A stretch of DNA of 64,000 bases from an uncultured Acidobacteriota bacterium (GCA_963815675.1 CAWFHP010000009.1:248235-312234), one strand, 5' to 3'; positions 21,017 through 31,333 are shown, counted from the stretch's first letter. Numbers and translations: made by a program. The notes: generated by a model not told the origin, from the sequence alone.

Positions 21017-22793
21017 TCAGCCGCGAGCCGTGAGCCCGTTCCGGATCTCGCGGCAGCGCTTCAGGCGCGCCGGGGCGGGAACCCTCCCATAGACGGATTC
21101 CGCGGCGTCGAGCTCGAGCTCGGCCGCCTCCGGATCCGAATCGAGAAGAATCTCCGCGAGACGCACCCGGATTTCCGCCGCGCTCAAACAGGCCTCCATC
21201 TCCGTCCAGATCCGGAGCGACCGGCGAATCTGTCCTATCGCGTCCTCCGCCCGTCCCATCGCGAGAGCGAGCTCTCCCCGCGCTCGGAAGACGATCGCCT
21301 GAAACGCGGGAGTAGACCAGAGCTCCGGATGCGCGTCCAGCTCCGCGAGCGCCTTGCTCGCGCGGCCGGGCTCACCCGCGAGCGCGGCGGCGATGGCGAG
21401 ATGGGCGAGGAGCGAGCCTCGCCGCTGCTGGTGCGTCCAATCGGTGTCGCCGACCGCCCGCTCGAGGCTTCGCACTGCAGCCTCGACCCGTCCCCGTTCG
21501 AGCAGCAGCAGCGCCCAGCCGGGCTGCGGCTCCCAGCCGAGCTCGTGAGCGCGTCGAAACGCCGCTTCCGCCCCGTCGAGCTCTCCTTTCGCGAGCTGGA
21601 TACTCACCGAGGACGCGCAGCGCATCGCCCTCGGCCCAGGGTGCGCTCTCCGCGAGCTGCGCCGCGGCCTCCGTCACTTCCCCTTCGGCTTCGCCGAGCT
21701 CACCACGAAGTGAGAGGACCTCCGCCCGGTGGAGCCGACAGAGCCCGGTCATGCTCCCGAGACCGTGACTCGCGCACCAGCGCCCGAACTGATTCGTCCA
21801 CTCCGCCGCGCGCCGCCAGTCGCCGCGGTTGAGACTGGCCCAGATGACTCCACAGTACACGAGGCCGCCCGACCAGGGAGTGACACCACCTCCGAGCACC
21901 GCCGCCGCCGCCTCGTCCTGAAGGTCGTTCCCGCGGTGCACGTCGCCAATCGCGAGCAGAGACAGTCCCCAATAAAGAAGCCCGAGCGCTTCGACGTCAG
22001 CGTCCTTTCGGGACGCCCCGATTCGATAGGCCTCCTCGCCGAAGGCGGCCGCCTGCTCGAGCTTCCCTTCGATGAGCGCGACACGGCCCGAGCCCCACTG
22101 CACGAGACCATGCTCCGGCGATTCGGGCACGTCGCGCAGGTAGCTCGCGGCGCGCTGGAGCCAGCCCCGCGCCACCGCCATCTCCCGTCGCTCCAAGTGG
22201 ATCTGGGCGAGCGCCGCGGCGGCACGCGCCGCGCCCCGGCAGTTCTCCCGGTCGAGATAGGCGCGGACGGCGCGCTCGAGCGGCCCGACGGCGGAGCCCG
22301 GCTGTCCCGCGCACACGGCGGCTTGCGCGAATCGCTCGAGCTCGGCGGGGACGAGCGGCTTCTCGCGCTCGGCCCTCTCGAACTCGCGAACCGCGCTCCG
22401 CCAGTCGCCTTCCTCAGAAGCCCGCCGTGCCCCCGCGAGCGGATCTCCTTCAGCCCGCGCGTTCTCCATGGGGGCTTCGATTTCCGGTTCCGGGCGAGCT
22501 TCCTGGACGAAGCGGTATCCCTGGCGGGTGTAATTGCGGATGGACCCCTCACAGCCTCCGCGGCGAAGCGCGGCGCGCGCGAGGCTTACGGCCCGATGGA
22601 GAGACCCTTCGCCGACGTTCACGCCGCGCCAGAGCGTCTCCAGGAGCTCGGCGTTGGGCACCACCCGCTCGCGGTTCCGCACCAGGTAGAAGAGAAGCTC
22701 CAGCACCCGTGGTTGCAAGTCGAGGGCGTCGCCGTCCAGCCGGAGCTCCCGCGTCTCCTCGTCCAGTTCGAACGTTCCGAATCGATGGATCAT
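21017..22793 (-). CDS. SARP/AfsR-like regulator: OmpR/PhoB-type winged helix + BTAD/TPR-like helical repeat domain; apparent frameshift near 21610
   Basis: Start MIHRFGTFELDEETRELRLDGDALDLQPRVLELLFYLVRNRERVVPNAELLETLW...YRF (ATG comp 22791-22793). A long Ala/Leu-rich TPR-like region follows, continued in ORF 21017..21625. Confidence 0.7.
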
Positions 22794-22886
22794 CGCTTCC
22801 GTCCGCCCATGATAAGCGTTTGATAAGAATCCGGAAAGGTGCGCTCTTCCCGTTCCTGCGTAATCTCGCATGAAGGAGACAACGAC

Positions 22887-23186
22887 ATGAACACATACGT
22901 GATTCGCAGGAAGGGAAACTGGGCGACGCCCAAGGAGCTGGAAGCCACCGCCGCGGTCTCGACTCGCGTCGGAAACGAGATGCCGGACCAGGTAAAGTGG
23001 ATCCGCTCCTACGTCGTGGAGGAACCGGACGGCCGCCTCGGCACCGTCTGCATCTACCAGGGCAAGGACGTCGAATCGGTGCGCGAGCACGCCCGGCGCG
23101 CCGGCATGACGGCGGACGAGATCATCCCCGTGGGAGACACGGTGGTGGTTCGCGAGGACCCGAAGCCGAACGCGAACGGGAATTGA
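22887..23186 (+). CDS. DUF4242-family small protein
   Basis: MNTYVIRRKGNWATPKELEATAAVSTRVGNEMPDQVKWIRSYVVEEPDGRLGTVCIYQGKDVESVREHARRAGMTADEIIPV. AGGAG lies 8 nt upstream of the ATG. About 100 aa, with the DUF4242-like pattern. Confidence 0.55.
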   Translation: MNTYVIRRKGNWATPKELEATAAVSTRVGNEMPDQVKWIRSYVVEEPDGRLGTVCIYQGKDVESVREHARRAGMTADEIIPVGDTVVVREDPKPNANGN

Positions 23187-23905
23187 CGTGTCCGGGAGGT
23201 TGCCGGCGCGTTGGTCCGTCGCGCCGGCAGCCTCGTCGTCAGACGTGCGCCGTGAGCTCTCTGAACGCTTGCGGCCGGCCCTCCACCAGATTGAGGAGAA
23301 CGTCGGTCATCATCGGCGTTCGCTTGAAGGCCTCCGTGCCAGCGGCGTCGTGCGGAGCGCATACGACGGCGGCGACACCGGCGCCGAAGGCCACTTCGCC
23401 GACACCGCGTGGTCGCATGGGTGTCGACGGGTCGGGCAAATCGACGGCGTCGGCGCGCATGTTCAGCGGAACGTCGAGGAACGTGGGCGGCCAGCGAGGG
23501 CCGAAGCGGTTGGGGGAGGTCAGATAGCTCGATAGCTGCGAATTCTCGGGGAGGCAGAGCGCGCGATCCTCCGAGAGGCCCCGGGTGAGCTCACCAACTC
23601 TCCCACTCCAGCAAGACACTTACTCGCCCGGATTCTGGCGCGCGCGCACTTCGGGAAGGAATCGAGACCGAAGCGCGCGCTCCCGAAGGCGAGCCAGGCG
23701 TTCTTGTCGAGATGGTCGGCACGACGCGTTCAATGGCGAGCTTTCTATGACGCGGTTCAGGCAGATGGGTTTCTTCCACCCGCTACATCGTCGACGTTCG
23801 TCACGGGGTCGCAACGCGACGCCATCGGGGGAGCCCTCCATCGACGCGACGCCCCTCGGGAAAAATCTACAAAAGAAATCTTCGATCCCGAGCGAGTGAA
23901 TATTC

Positions 23906-23986
23906 CTACCGACGGTTGTAGTAGAAGCCGCCGCCGCCGAAAAGAAGGACCAACACGACAATCAAGAGAAGCATACTAGTACTCAT
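23906..23986 (-). CDS. candidate 26-aa hydrophobic micro-protein (MSTSMLLLIVVLVLLFGGGGFYYNRR)
   Basis: ATG (comp 23984-23986) has GAAAGG 8 nt upstream. It lies in an AT-rich patch with locally AT-rich codons. It has a single TM-like helix with a Gly4 stretch. It is below the 60-aa ORF-track threshold. Confidence 0.25.
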   Translation of the reverse strand: MSTSMLLLIVVLVLLFGGGGFYYNRR

Positions 23987-24369
23987 GGCTCTAACCTTTC
24001 TGTTCTGTGAAAACGCCACTGTCTAAGCCCCCGGCCCGCCGCGAGACGGCTCGAGGCCGGCGCTCTCACCAAGGACAGTAGCAATGACTGTGCCATGACA
24101 GAGCTCTTCGCCTCCAGGGGGGGAACTCGCGAGCTTCTTCCACTCCGGCGTACGCAGAGAGCGCCTCGGCGGGAATGGCGCCGCCGCGGGCTTCTCGCCC
24201 CAGGGCGACCAGCTCGGCTACAGCGCCGACTACATCGGCGAGCCCCACCAGCGCGGCTCGCCACCACCGCAAACTGAGCGCTTCCTCTCGAAGTCACGCT
24301 GGCTGTCTGTCCGCGAAACCATCCTATCCCGCAATTGCCTTCTTCACGCCCCAACAAGCCTGGGTCCTC

Positions 24370-24560
24370 TCCCACCGAGTCATGTCGCTTCCGCGGAGGC
24401 CCTGGTCCGACGGCACCACCCACATCATCTTCATCTTCATCGAGCTCATGCCAAATGCTGGTTGCGCTGGTGTTTCCGCCGGGGTTCAATCGCTTGCGCT
24501 ACCAGGGTGTACTTGCACCGCGCGCTCGTCTTCGCCCGATGGTGATCCCTGCGCCGTTAA
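24370..24560 (+). mobile_element. C-terminal fragment of an IS91-family transposase (frameshifted remnant)
   Basis: + strand reads ...RPWSDGTTHIIFIFIELM, then in a neighbouring frame LVALVFPPGFNRLRYQGVLAPRARLRPMV. Both match the conserved IS91 TnpA C-terminus (...DGTTHVVFEPLEFIxRLAALVPxPRxNLxRYHGVLAPN...). No upstream catalytic core is present. Confidence 0.5.
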
Positions 24561-24809
24561 CGGATCAGGTCCGCGCCGTCGAGGATCCTGGAGCCCGCAC
24601 TCAGGCGGAGGTCTCGAGGCTAGCCGAGCTGTTGGACCGGGGGGAGCAAACCATCTTCGAAATCGGCGGCCGCGTCGGTGTGCTTCGCAACGAAAACATG
24701 CTACCATACACTTTCCTTACAATTTCTTTCTGCGGTGTCATGTCGATGAGCGACGGCGCCCCGTGGCAGTCCGGCGGAGGGGTTTCGGACGAAACAGCAA
24801 GAAGGGCGC

Positions 24810-27800
24810 ATGGCAAAGCGAACTCCGGCACGCGCGCAAAGGAAGCCCCGCAGAACACCCCCACTGAGCAAGGCGTCCACCGGCATCCACGGACTGGACG
24901 AGCTGACCGGTGGAGGTTTGCCCCGGGGACGGCCGACCCTCCTGTGCGGTAGCGCCGGCTGCGGCAAGACGCTCATGGCCATGGAGTTCCTGGTGCGGGG
25001 CGCCCTGGACTCCGGCGAACCGGGCGTCTTTATGGCCTTCGAGGAGAGCGACGAGGAGCTGACCACCAACTTCGCTTCACTCGGTCACGATCTGTCAGCG
25101 TTGGTGGCCAACAAGAAGCTGTCGATCGACTTCGTTCGGGTCGAGCGCAGTGAGATGGCTCAGACGGGCGAGTGCGACCTGGAAGGGCTCTTCATCCGCC
25201 TGGGACACGCCATCGACAGCATCGGCGCGAAGCGCGTGGTGCTCGACACCATTGAGGTGCTGTTCTCCGGGCTGCCCGACGCGGCCCTCCTGCGCAGCGA
25301 GCTGCAGCGCCTCTTTCGCTGGCTGAAGGCCCGGGGGATCACGGCGATCATCACCGCCGAACGGGGCGAGACCGCCCTCACCCGCCATGGGCTGGAGGAG
25401 TACGTCGCCGACTGCGTGATCCTCCTCGACCACCGCGTGGAGGGCCAGATGGCCACGCGCCGGCTGCGCATCGTCAAGTACAGAGGTTCCACCCACAGCG
25501 CCAACGAGTATCCGTTCCTGATCGACGAGGGCGGCATCTCGATCCTGCCCCTCACATCGGCGAGGCTGGAGCAGAAAGCGGGGGTCGCGCGCGTGTCCTC
25601 GGGCGTTCCGCGCCTGGACGCGATGATGGGGGGCAAGGGCTACTATCGGGGCAGCACCGTCCTGGTCTCCGGCACCGCGGGCTCGGGCAAGACGAGCCTG
25701 GCCGCGCATTTTGCCGCCGGAGCCGCCGAGCGGGGCGAGCGCTGCCTGTGGTTCTCCTTCTACGAATCGTCGAGCCAGATCATCCGCAACATGCGCTCCA
25801 TCGGCATCAACCTGGCGCCGGCGGTGCGGCGCGGGACGCTGCGTATCGAAGCGGAGCGGTCGACGATCTGGGGCCTGGAGATGCAGCTCGTCACCATCCA
25901 CAAGTTGGTGAACGAGTTCAAGCCGAGCATCGTCATCATCGACCCGGCCTCGGCTTTCGCCACCCTCGGGAGCGAGGCGGACGTCAAGGCGATGATGACG
26001 CGGCTGATCGACTTCTTCAAAGTGCAGGGCGTCACCGCGTTGATCACGAGCCTCACCGGTGGTGACGCGACTTTGGAGAGCACCGAGGTGGCCATTTCGG
26101 CGTTGATGGACACCTGGCTGTTGCTGCGGGACGTCCACAACGGCGCGGAGCGCAACCGGGTGCTGCACCTGGTGAAGTCGCGAGGGATGAAGCACTCGAA
26201 CCAGGTCCGCGAGTTCCTGTTGACGGACCACGGGGTGGAGCTGCGGGACGTGTATGCCGGGCCTTCGGGCGTGCTGCTCACCGGGAGCGCGCGCGGGGCG
26301 CTGGAGGCGCAGGAGAAGGCCCAGACCCTGCTGCACGGGCAGGAGACGCAGAGCAAGAGGCACAACCTGGAGCGCAAGCGCCAAGCCATGGAGGCGCAGA
26401 TTGCCGTGCTGCGGGCGAAGTACGAGGTCGAGGAAGCGGAGGCGGCGAGGACCATCGGTCAGGACCAGACACGTGCCGGGGTGTTGGCCGGTGACCGGGT
26501 GCGCATGGCCCGCGAGCGGCAGTCCGACAAGAGGGCGGCGCCGGAAAGGCCGGCGAAGCGCCGAGGGGATCAGCATGAAGCCCAAGTCGACAAGCCGGCT
26601 CGGCCAAGGCAAAGAGGCACGAAGCCCGCGAAGGGGCCCGAGTACATCCTGCGCCTGTACGTGGCGGGCATGACACCGCGCTCCACCCGCGCCATCGCCA
26701 ACATCAAGGAGATCTGCGAGGGGCGTCTGAAGGGGCGCTACGACCTCCAGGTGATCGACCTCTACCAGCACCCGGAGCTTGCCGCGGAGGAGCAGATCGT
26801 CGCCCTGCCCACGCTGATCAGAAAGCTCCCGCAGCCCCTGCGCCGGATGGTAGGCGACCTCTCCGATCTCGAAAAGGTTCTGATCGGGCTGGAACTGCGG
26901 GCCGGCCTTGACGGGAGCCGTGGCTTGATGAAGAAACGTCGTTCCGGGGCTGCGCTCGACACGGAAATGGACGTCCTCCGCACCCGGCTGGCCACCGCCG
27001 AAGAGGACCTGCGCGCCATCCGCAGTGGCGACGTGGACGCTGTGCTGGTCACGGGCGAGCGCGGCGACCAGGTCTTCACTCTGACGGGAGCCGACCGGGC
27101 GTATCGTCAACTCGTCGAGACGATGGGCGAGGGCGCGGCGACGCTCTCCGCGGACGGCGTCATCCTCTATTGCAACGACTGCCTGGCCATGATGCTGGGA
27201 CGACCGCTCGACCAGGTGATCGGCAGTGCACTGCGCAGATGGCTACCGCCCGCGGACCACCAGGCCCTTGCCGAGCTGCTCCTCAGAGCGCGCACGGAGA
27301 CCGCCCGCACGGAGATCGCCCTGGTGACCGCCGGGGGCACCGCGATGCCCGTGTACCTATCGGCTTCCCACCTGAGTCCAGACGGAGCCGAGACGGTGAC
27401 CTGCCTCGTGCTGACCGACCTGACAGCACAGCGACATCTCGAGAAGGTCGCCGCGGCGGAGCAGTTGGCCCGCTCCATCCTCGAACAGGCCGCCGAGGCC
27501 ATCGTGGTATGCGACATCGAGGGCCGCGTCACACGCGCGAGCCTGGTGGCCGAACAGCTCTGCGACGGCGGTCTGCTACGGAGGCCTTTTGCCGAAGCCT
27601 TTCCCCTGCAGACCCCGGACGCCCAAGCCTTCAATCTCATCTCCGTTCTGAAGGGGGAGACGTTGCGCGACGTGGATGTCGCCTTGCGTCAGCAGGGACG
27701 GGAGCTTGCCCTCATGGTGAGCGCGCGTCCGCTCGTCAGGGACCAGGAGATCTTCGGCTGCGTCATCACCTGGACCGACATCACCGCGCGCAAGCGGGTG

Positions 27801-29721
27801 GAGGACGACCTTCGCAAGAAGGATTTCCTGCTATCGGAAGCGCAGCGCCTCGGCTCGGTCGGAAGTTGGTACTGGGACCTCGTTGGTCCCATGACGTGGT
27901 CGGATGAGACGTATCGCGTCTACGGTGTGGAGTCGGACACCTTCGAGCCGACCGTGGAGAACCTGGTCGGCCTGATCCACCCCGAGGACCGGCCGACGAT
28001 GCAGGCCTGGATCGGTGCCAGTATCGGGGGCGAGCAGCCCTCCGAGCTGGCGTTTCGGATCAATCCGCCGGACGGCACCACCCGCCATGTGCTGGGTCGC
28101 GGCGAGGTGGCCCTCGACGCCGCGGGCCAGCCGGCCTATATGGCCGGCACCGTGCAGGACATCACCGAGCGAATGCAGGCGGAGCAGACCCTCCGCCTGC
28201 AAGGGCGCCGCGCTGAATGCCGCCGCCAACGCCATGGTCATCACCGACCGCAACGGTGTCGTCGAGTGGAGCAACACGGCGTTCTCCAAGCTGAGCGGCT
28301 ACAGCGCCGAGGAGAGCCTGGGGATGCGCCTTTGGGGCGCGGCACAGACGGATGCCGATGCCGCGACGGTCGCGTCGGACGAGGAGATGTGGGCGGCCAT
28401 CCTCGCCGGAAGCGTCTGGCGCGGCGAGGTGACGAGTCTGCGCAGAGACGGCAGTCGGTACCTCCAGGAACGGACCGTCACACCCGTGAAAGACGAGCGC
28501 GGAGTGATCGCGCACTTCATCGCGATCAAGGAGGACCTGACGGATCGCCGCTTCCTGGAGAGCCAACTCCAGCAATCCCAGAAGATGGAGACGGTGGGGC
28601 AGCTCGCCGGCGGGGTCGCCCACGACTTCAACAACCTCCTCACGGTCATCAACGCGACCGCCGACCTCGCGGCCGAGGGTCTGCCGGAGGGCGATCCCCT
28701 ACGTGAGGAGTTCCGTGAGATCCGACTCGCCGGCGAACGGGCGGCAACGCTGACGCGTCAGCTCCTGGCCTTCAGCCGCAAGCAGGTGCTCCAGCCCGCG
28801 GTGCTGAATGTGAACACGGTGGTGGTGAACATGGAGCGGATGCTGGGCCGCCTGATCGGCGAGAACATCCTGCTGGAAATCAGGCCGACTCCGGATCTCG
28901 GGAACGTCAAGGTGGATGCCGGGCAGCTCGAGCAGGTCGTGATGAATCTGGTGGTGAATGCCCGCGACGCCATGCCCGATGGGGGCACGTTGATCGTGAC
29001 GACGCGCAACGTCACGCTCGACGCCGCCTACGCCGCCGGCAACCCTACCAGCACGCCGGGCCCCCATGTGTTGTTGGCGATCTCCGACACCGGCTCGGGC
29101 ATGGACGAGGCGACCCGACGGAAAATCTTCGAACCGTTCTTCACCACCAAGGACGTCGGCAAGGGCTCGGGATTGGGCCTGTCCACCGTGTTCGGAATCG
29201 TCAGACAGAGCGGTGGCAGCATCGAGGTCTACAGCGAAGTGGGCAGGGGTACGGTGTTCAAGGTGTACCTACCTCTGGTGGACGCCCCGGAAGCGGTCTC
29301 GTCCGCCGGCGCAGCGAGCCCAGCTCACGGCACGGAGACCATCCTCGTCGTCGAGGACGATGCGGCGGTGCGCCGGGTGGCCACGCGCGTCCTGCGCGCA
29401 GCGGGCTACACGGTATTGACCGCCAACAACGGCATGGCTGCGCTGGCCTTGCTCGCGTCACAGGGTGGCGCCGTGCACCTGGTGCTCACGGACATGGTGA
29501 TGCCGAAGATGGGCGGCCTGGAGCTGGCGGCCCGGCTCAAGGAGCTTCGGCCGGACCAGAAGGTCTTGTTCACGTCCGGTTATACCGATGACACCATGCG
29601 GCTCGGTGGGCGACCCGACATAGCCGCCCAGTTCATCGGCAAGCCCTACACCGGGGTGGAGCTGACGCGCAGGGTCCGGGACGTGCTCGACCTCGAGGTC
29701 GCGGGGCAACCAATGCCGTAG
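24810..29721 (+). CDS. KaiC-KaiB-PAS(x3-4)-HisKA-HATPase_c-REC fusion protein (about 1,640 aa); single apparent frameshift near 28200
   Basis: ORF 24810..28706 has KaiC-type duplicated RecA/P-loop domains (GIHGLDELTGGGLPRGRPTLLCGSAGCGKT and GVPRLDAMMGGKGYYRGSTVLVSGTAGSGKT, catalytic FEES, DxxG). A coiled-coil/basic linker follows. Then a KaiB-like segment EYILRLYVAGMTPRSTRAIANIKEICEGRLKGRYDLQVIDLYQHPELAAEEQIVALPTLIRKLPQPLRRMVGDLSDLEKVLIGLEL. Then PAS domains. The frame of ORF 28015..29721 continues with a PAS domain, H-box QLAGGVAHDFNNLLTVI, HATPase_c (GSGLGLSTVFGIV) and a receiver (ILVVEDDAAVRRV...LVLTDMVMPKMGG). Confidence 0.85.
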
Positions 29722-30033
29722 TGCTTTCCGTGGCAACCAATGGAGATATGCGCAAGAGCTGTGTTTGAGCAGCTGACCATCGGGTGAGCGTTCCCGTTCC
29801 TTCGACGAATCCTCCCACTCGGCGAGCTCGCCATCAGGCTCGTCGACCGAGCCGCTGAAGAGTGCCGCCGATTGTCGACCACTCGAAGGGATAGGCGGCT
29901 CTAAGCCGAGCGGATGCTAACGGTCAGGAAGTTTCCTCTCAGCACTGCCCGTCGCGGGGTGAAATGTGCTTGGCCTGGGGACTGGCGGCACAGCATGGGG
30001 GATGCAGGGATGGAGTTGCCATGGCCCGCCGCG

Positions 30034-30639
30034 CTATTGGCAGAACGAGTACGTCTCGCGGATCGGGCAGGGCTCGGGCTCGCCGAACGGGGTTGCCGTT
30101 CGTGGGCAGCCTCGGTTGCCGGCGACAACTCCGGTCGGGATCCCGATCCACGAAGGGGCTTCGGGGCCGAGCCACCGCGACGGCGTCGCCCGATAGCAGT
30201 AGTCCACGACGCTCGTTACCGAGGCGCCTTCTGGCGGCGCCGGACGCCTGTCTCGTCCGACCCACTCGCGTGTCATGAAGTCTTTCGCGTACGGACTCCG
30301 CCGCGCGAGGTCGCGGTCGAGAAAGTCCGGTTCGTCCGTCGGGTAGTCCGGGATGCCGATCCCCTTGCATTCCGGACCTCGAGCGCAGAGGTGCTGCAGC
30401 TCATCGAAATAGCCCAGGTTGGCCGCCGAGTAGTTTTGCTCCGCGCTTAGCACGGCGCGAGTATCCGCGACCGCGCTGGCGCTCGCGGACGATTCCGCCC
30501 AACGCTGAAGCGTCACCTTGCTTATCGCGAGCAGAGCTCCGGCGAGACCAAGGAGAACGGCGGCGACGATCAAACACTCGAGCGCGCTCCGCGGCTTGCC
30601 GTATTCCTCCAACATGTTTTGGTCATATGCAAGAGTCAT
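30034..30639 (-). CDS. prepilin-type N-terminal domain (type IV pilin / pseudopilin-like) protein, atypical N-terminus
   Basis: KPRSALECLIVAAVLLGLAGALLAI hydrophobic helix followed by a pilin-like SAVADTRAVLSAEQNYSAANLGYFDELQHLC. It lacks the canonical G-F-T-L-I-E cleavage motif, so the call is tentative. Confidence 0.4.
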   Translation of the reverse strand: MTLAYDQNMLEEYGKPRSALECLIVAAVLLGLAGALLAISKVTLQRWAESSASASAVADTRAVLSAEQNYSAANLGYFDELQHLCARGPECKGIGIPDYPTDEPDFLDRDLARRSPYAKDFMTREWVGRDRRPAPPEGASVTSVVDYCYRATPSRWLGPEAPSWIGIPTGVVAGNRGCPRTATPFGEPEPCPIRETYSFCQ

Positions 30640-30880
30640 TCCCGCGGTGGGCCGCCGCTGGGGGCGAAGAACGCGACAGAAGCGACGAGCTCTGTCACTT
30701 CGAATGACGAAAATCGGAACGGGGTTCGCGAGCTGTGAGATCGCGCTCAGCCTCGTGCGATCGACAGTCCTGCCTCGCGCCTGTTCAAGGCTCGCGGTGC
30801 CCAGGATCCCGCGACGATTCCGTGGCCCGACGCCGATAGCACCGTCCGCGAAGGCAAGGACGAGCTCGCGCCGCCGGCCC

Positions 30881-31333
30881 TTACAATCCGCTCAGTGCCC
30901 GGAGTCTCGCATCCACGGCGAGAGCATCGTCGTCGCCGCGGCAGATGAGAAGGATGGTGTCGTCGCCCGCGATCGTTCCCATCACCTCGGGCCACTCCAC
31001 TTCGTCGATCGCGCGCGCCACCCCGTTTGCGTTTCCCGGCGGGGTCTTGACCACGACGAAGTTCTTGGCGGTCTCGATGCCGGTGACGAAGGCCATGACG
31101 GGCGCGAGCGGTCCTTCGGCGGCCGTCGCCCCCGCGACGTAGCGATAGCCGCCGCGGCCGTCGGGGGCCTTTCCCACCCCGAGTGCCTTGAGCTCGCGGG
31201 AGAGAGTCGATTGCGTCATGGCCATCCCCGCGGTCTTGAGCTCGTCGAGGAGCTCGTTCTGGTTACGAATCGCTTTGTCGCGAATGAGGGTGAGTATGAG
31301 CTCTTGCCGGCGTCCTCGGTCGGCCGCCATCAA
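30881..31333 (-). CDS. argR: arginine repressor ArgR
   Basis: N-terminal wHTH LIRDKAIRNQNELLDELKTAGMAMTQSTLSRELKALG and C-terminal oligomerisation/arginine-binding domain (...GTIAGDDTILLICRGDDDA...). 150 aa. Confidence 0.85.
   Translation of the reverse strand: MMAADRGRRQELILTLIRDKAIRNQNELLDELKTAGMAMTQSTLSRELKALGVGKAPDGRGGYRYVAGATAAEGPLAPVMAFVTGIETAKNFVVVKTPPGNANGVARAIDEVEWPEVMGTIAGDDTILLICRGDDDALAVDARLRALSGL

Noticed and set aside
23239-23619. 126-aa minus-strand ORF (and overlapping plus-strand ORFs 22997..23527, 23188..23535)
   Set aside because: No recognisable motif in any frame, and the frames are mutually overlapping. The region may hold a small real gene, but nothing can be supported from sequence alone.
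25095-27110. 671-aa ORF on the minus strand
   Set aside because: It lies entirely antisense to the KaiC part of the fusion gene. Its composition is Arg/Gly/Ala/Pro-rich and low-complexity, typical of shadow ORFs in 66% GC DNA. It has no motif and no start context.
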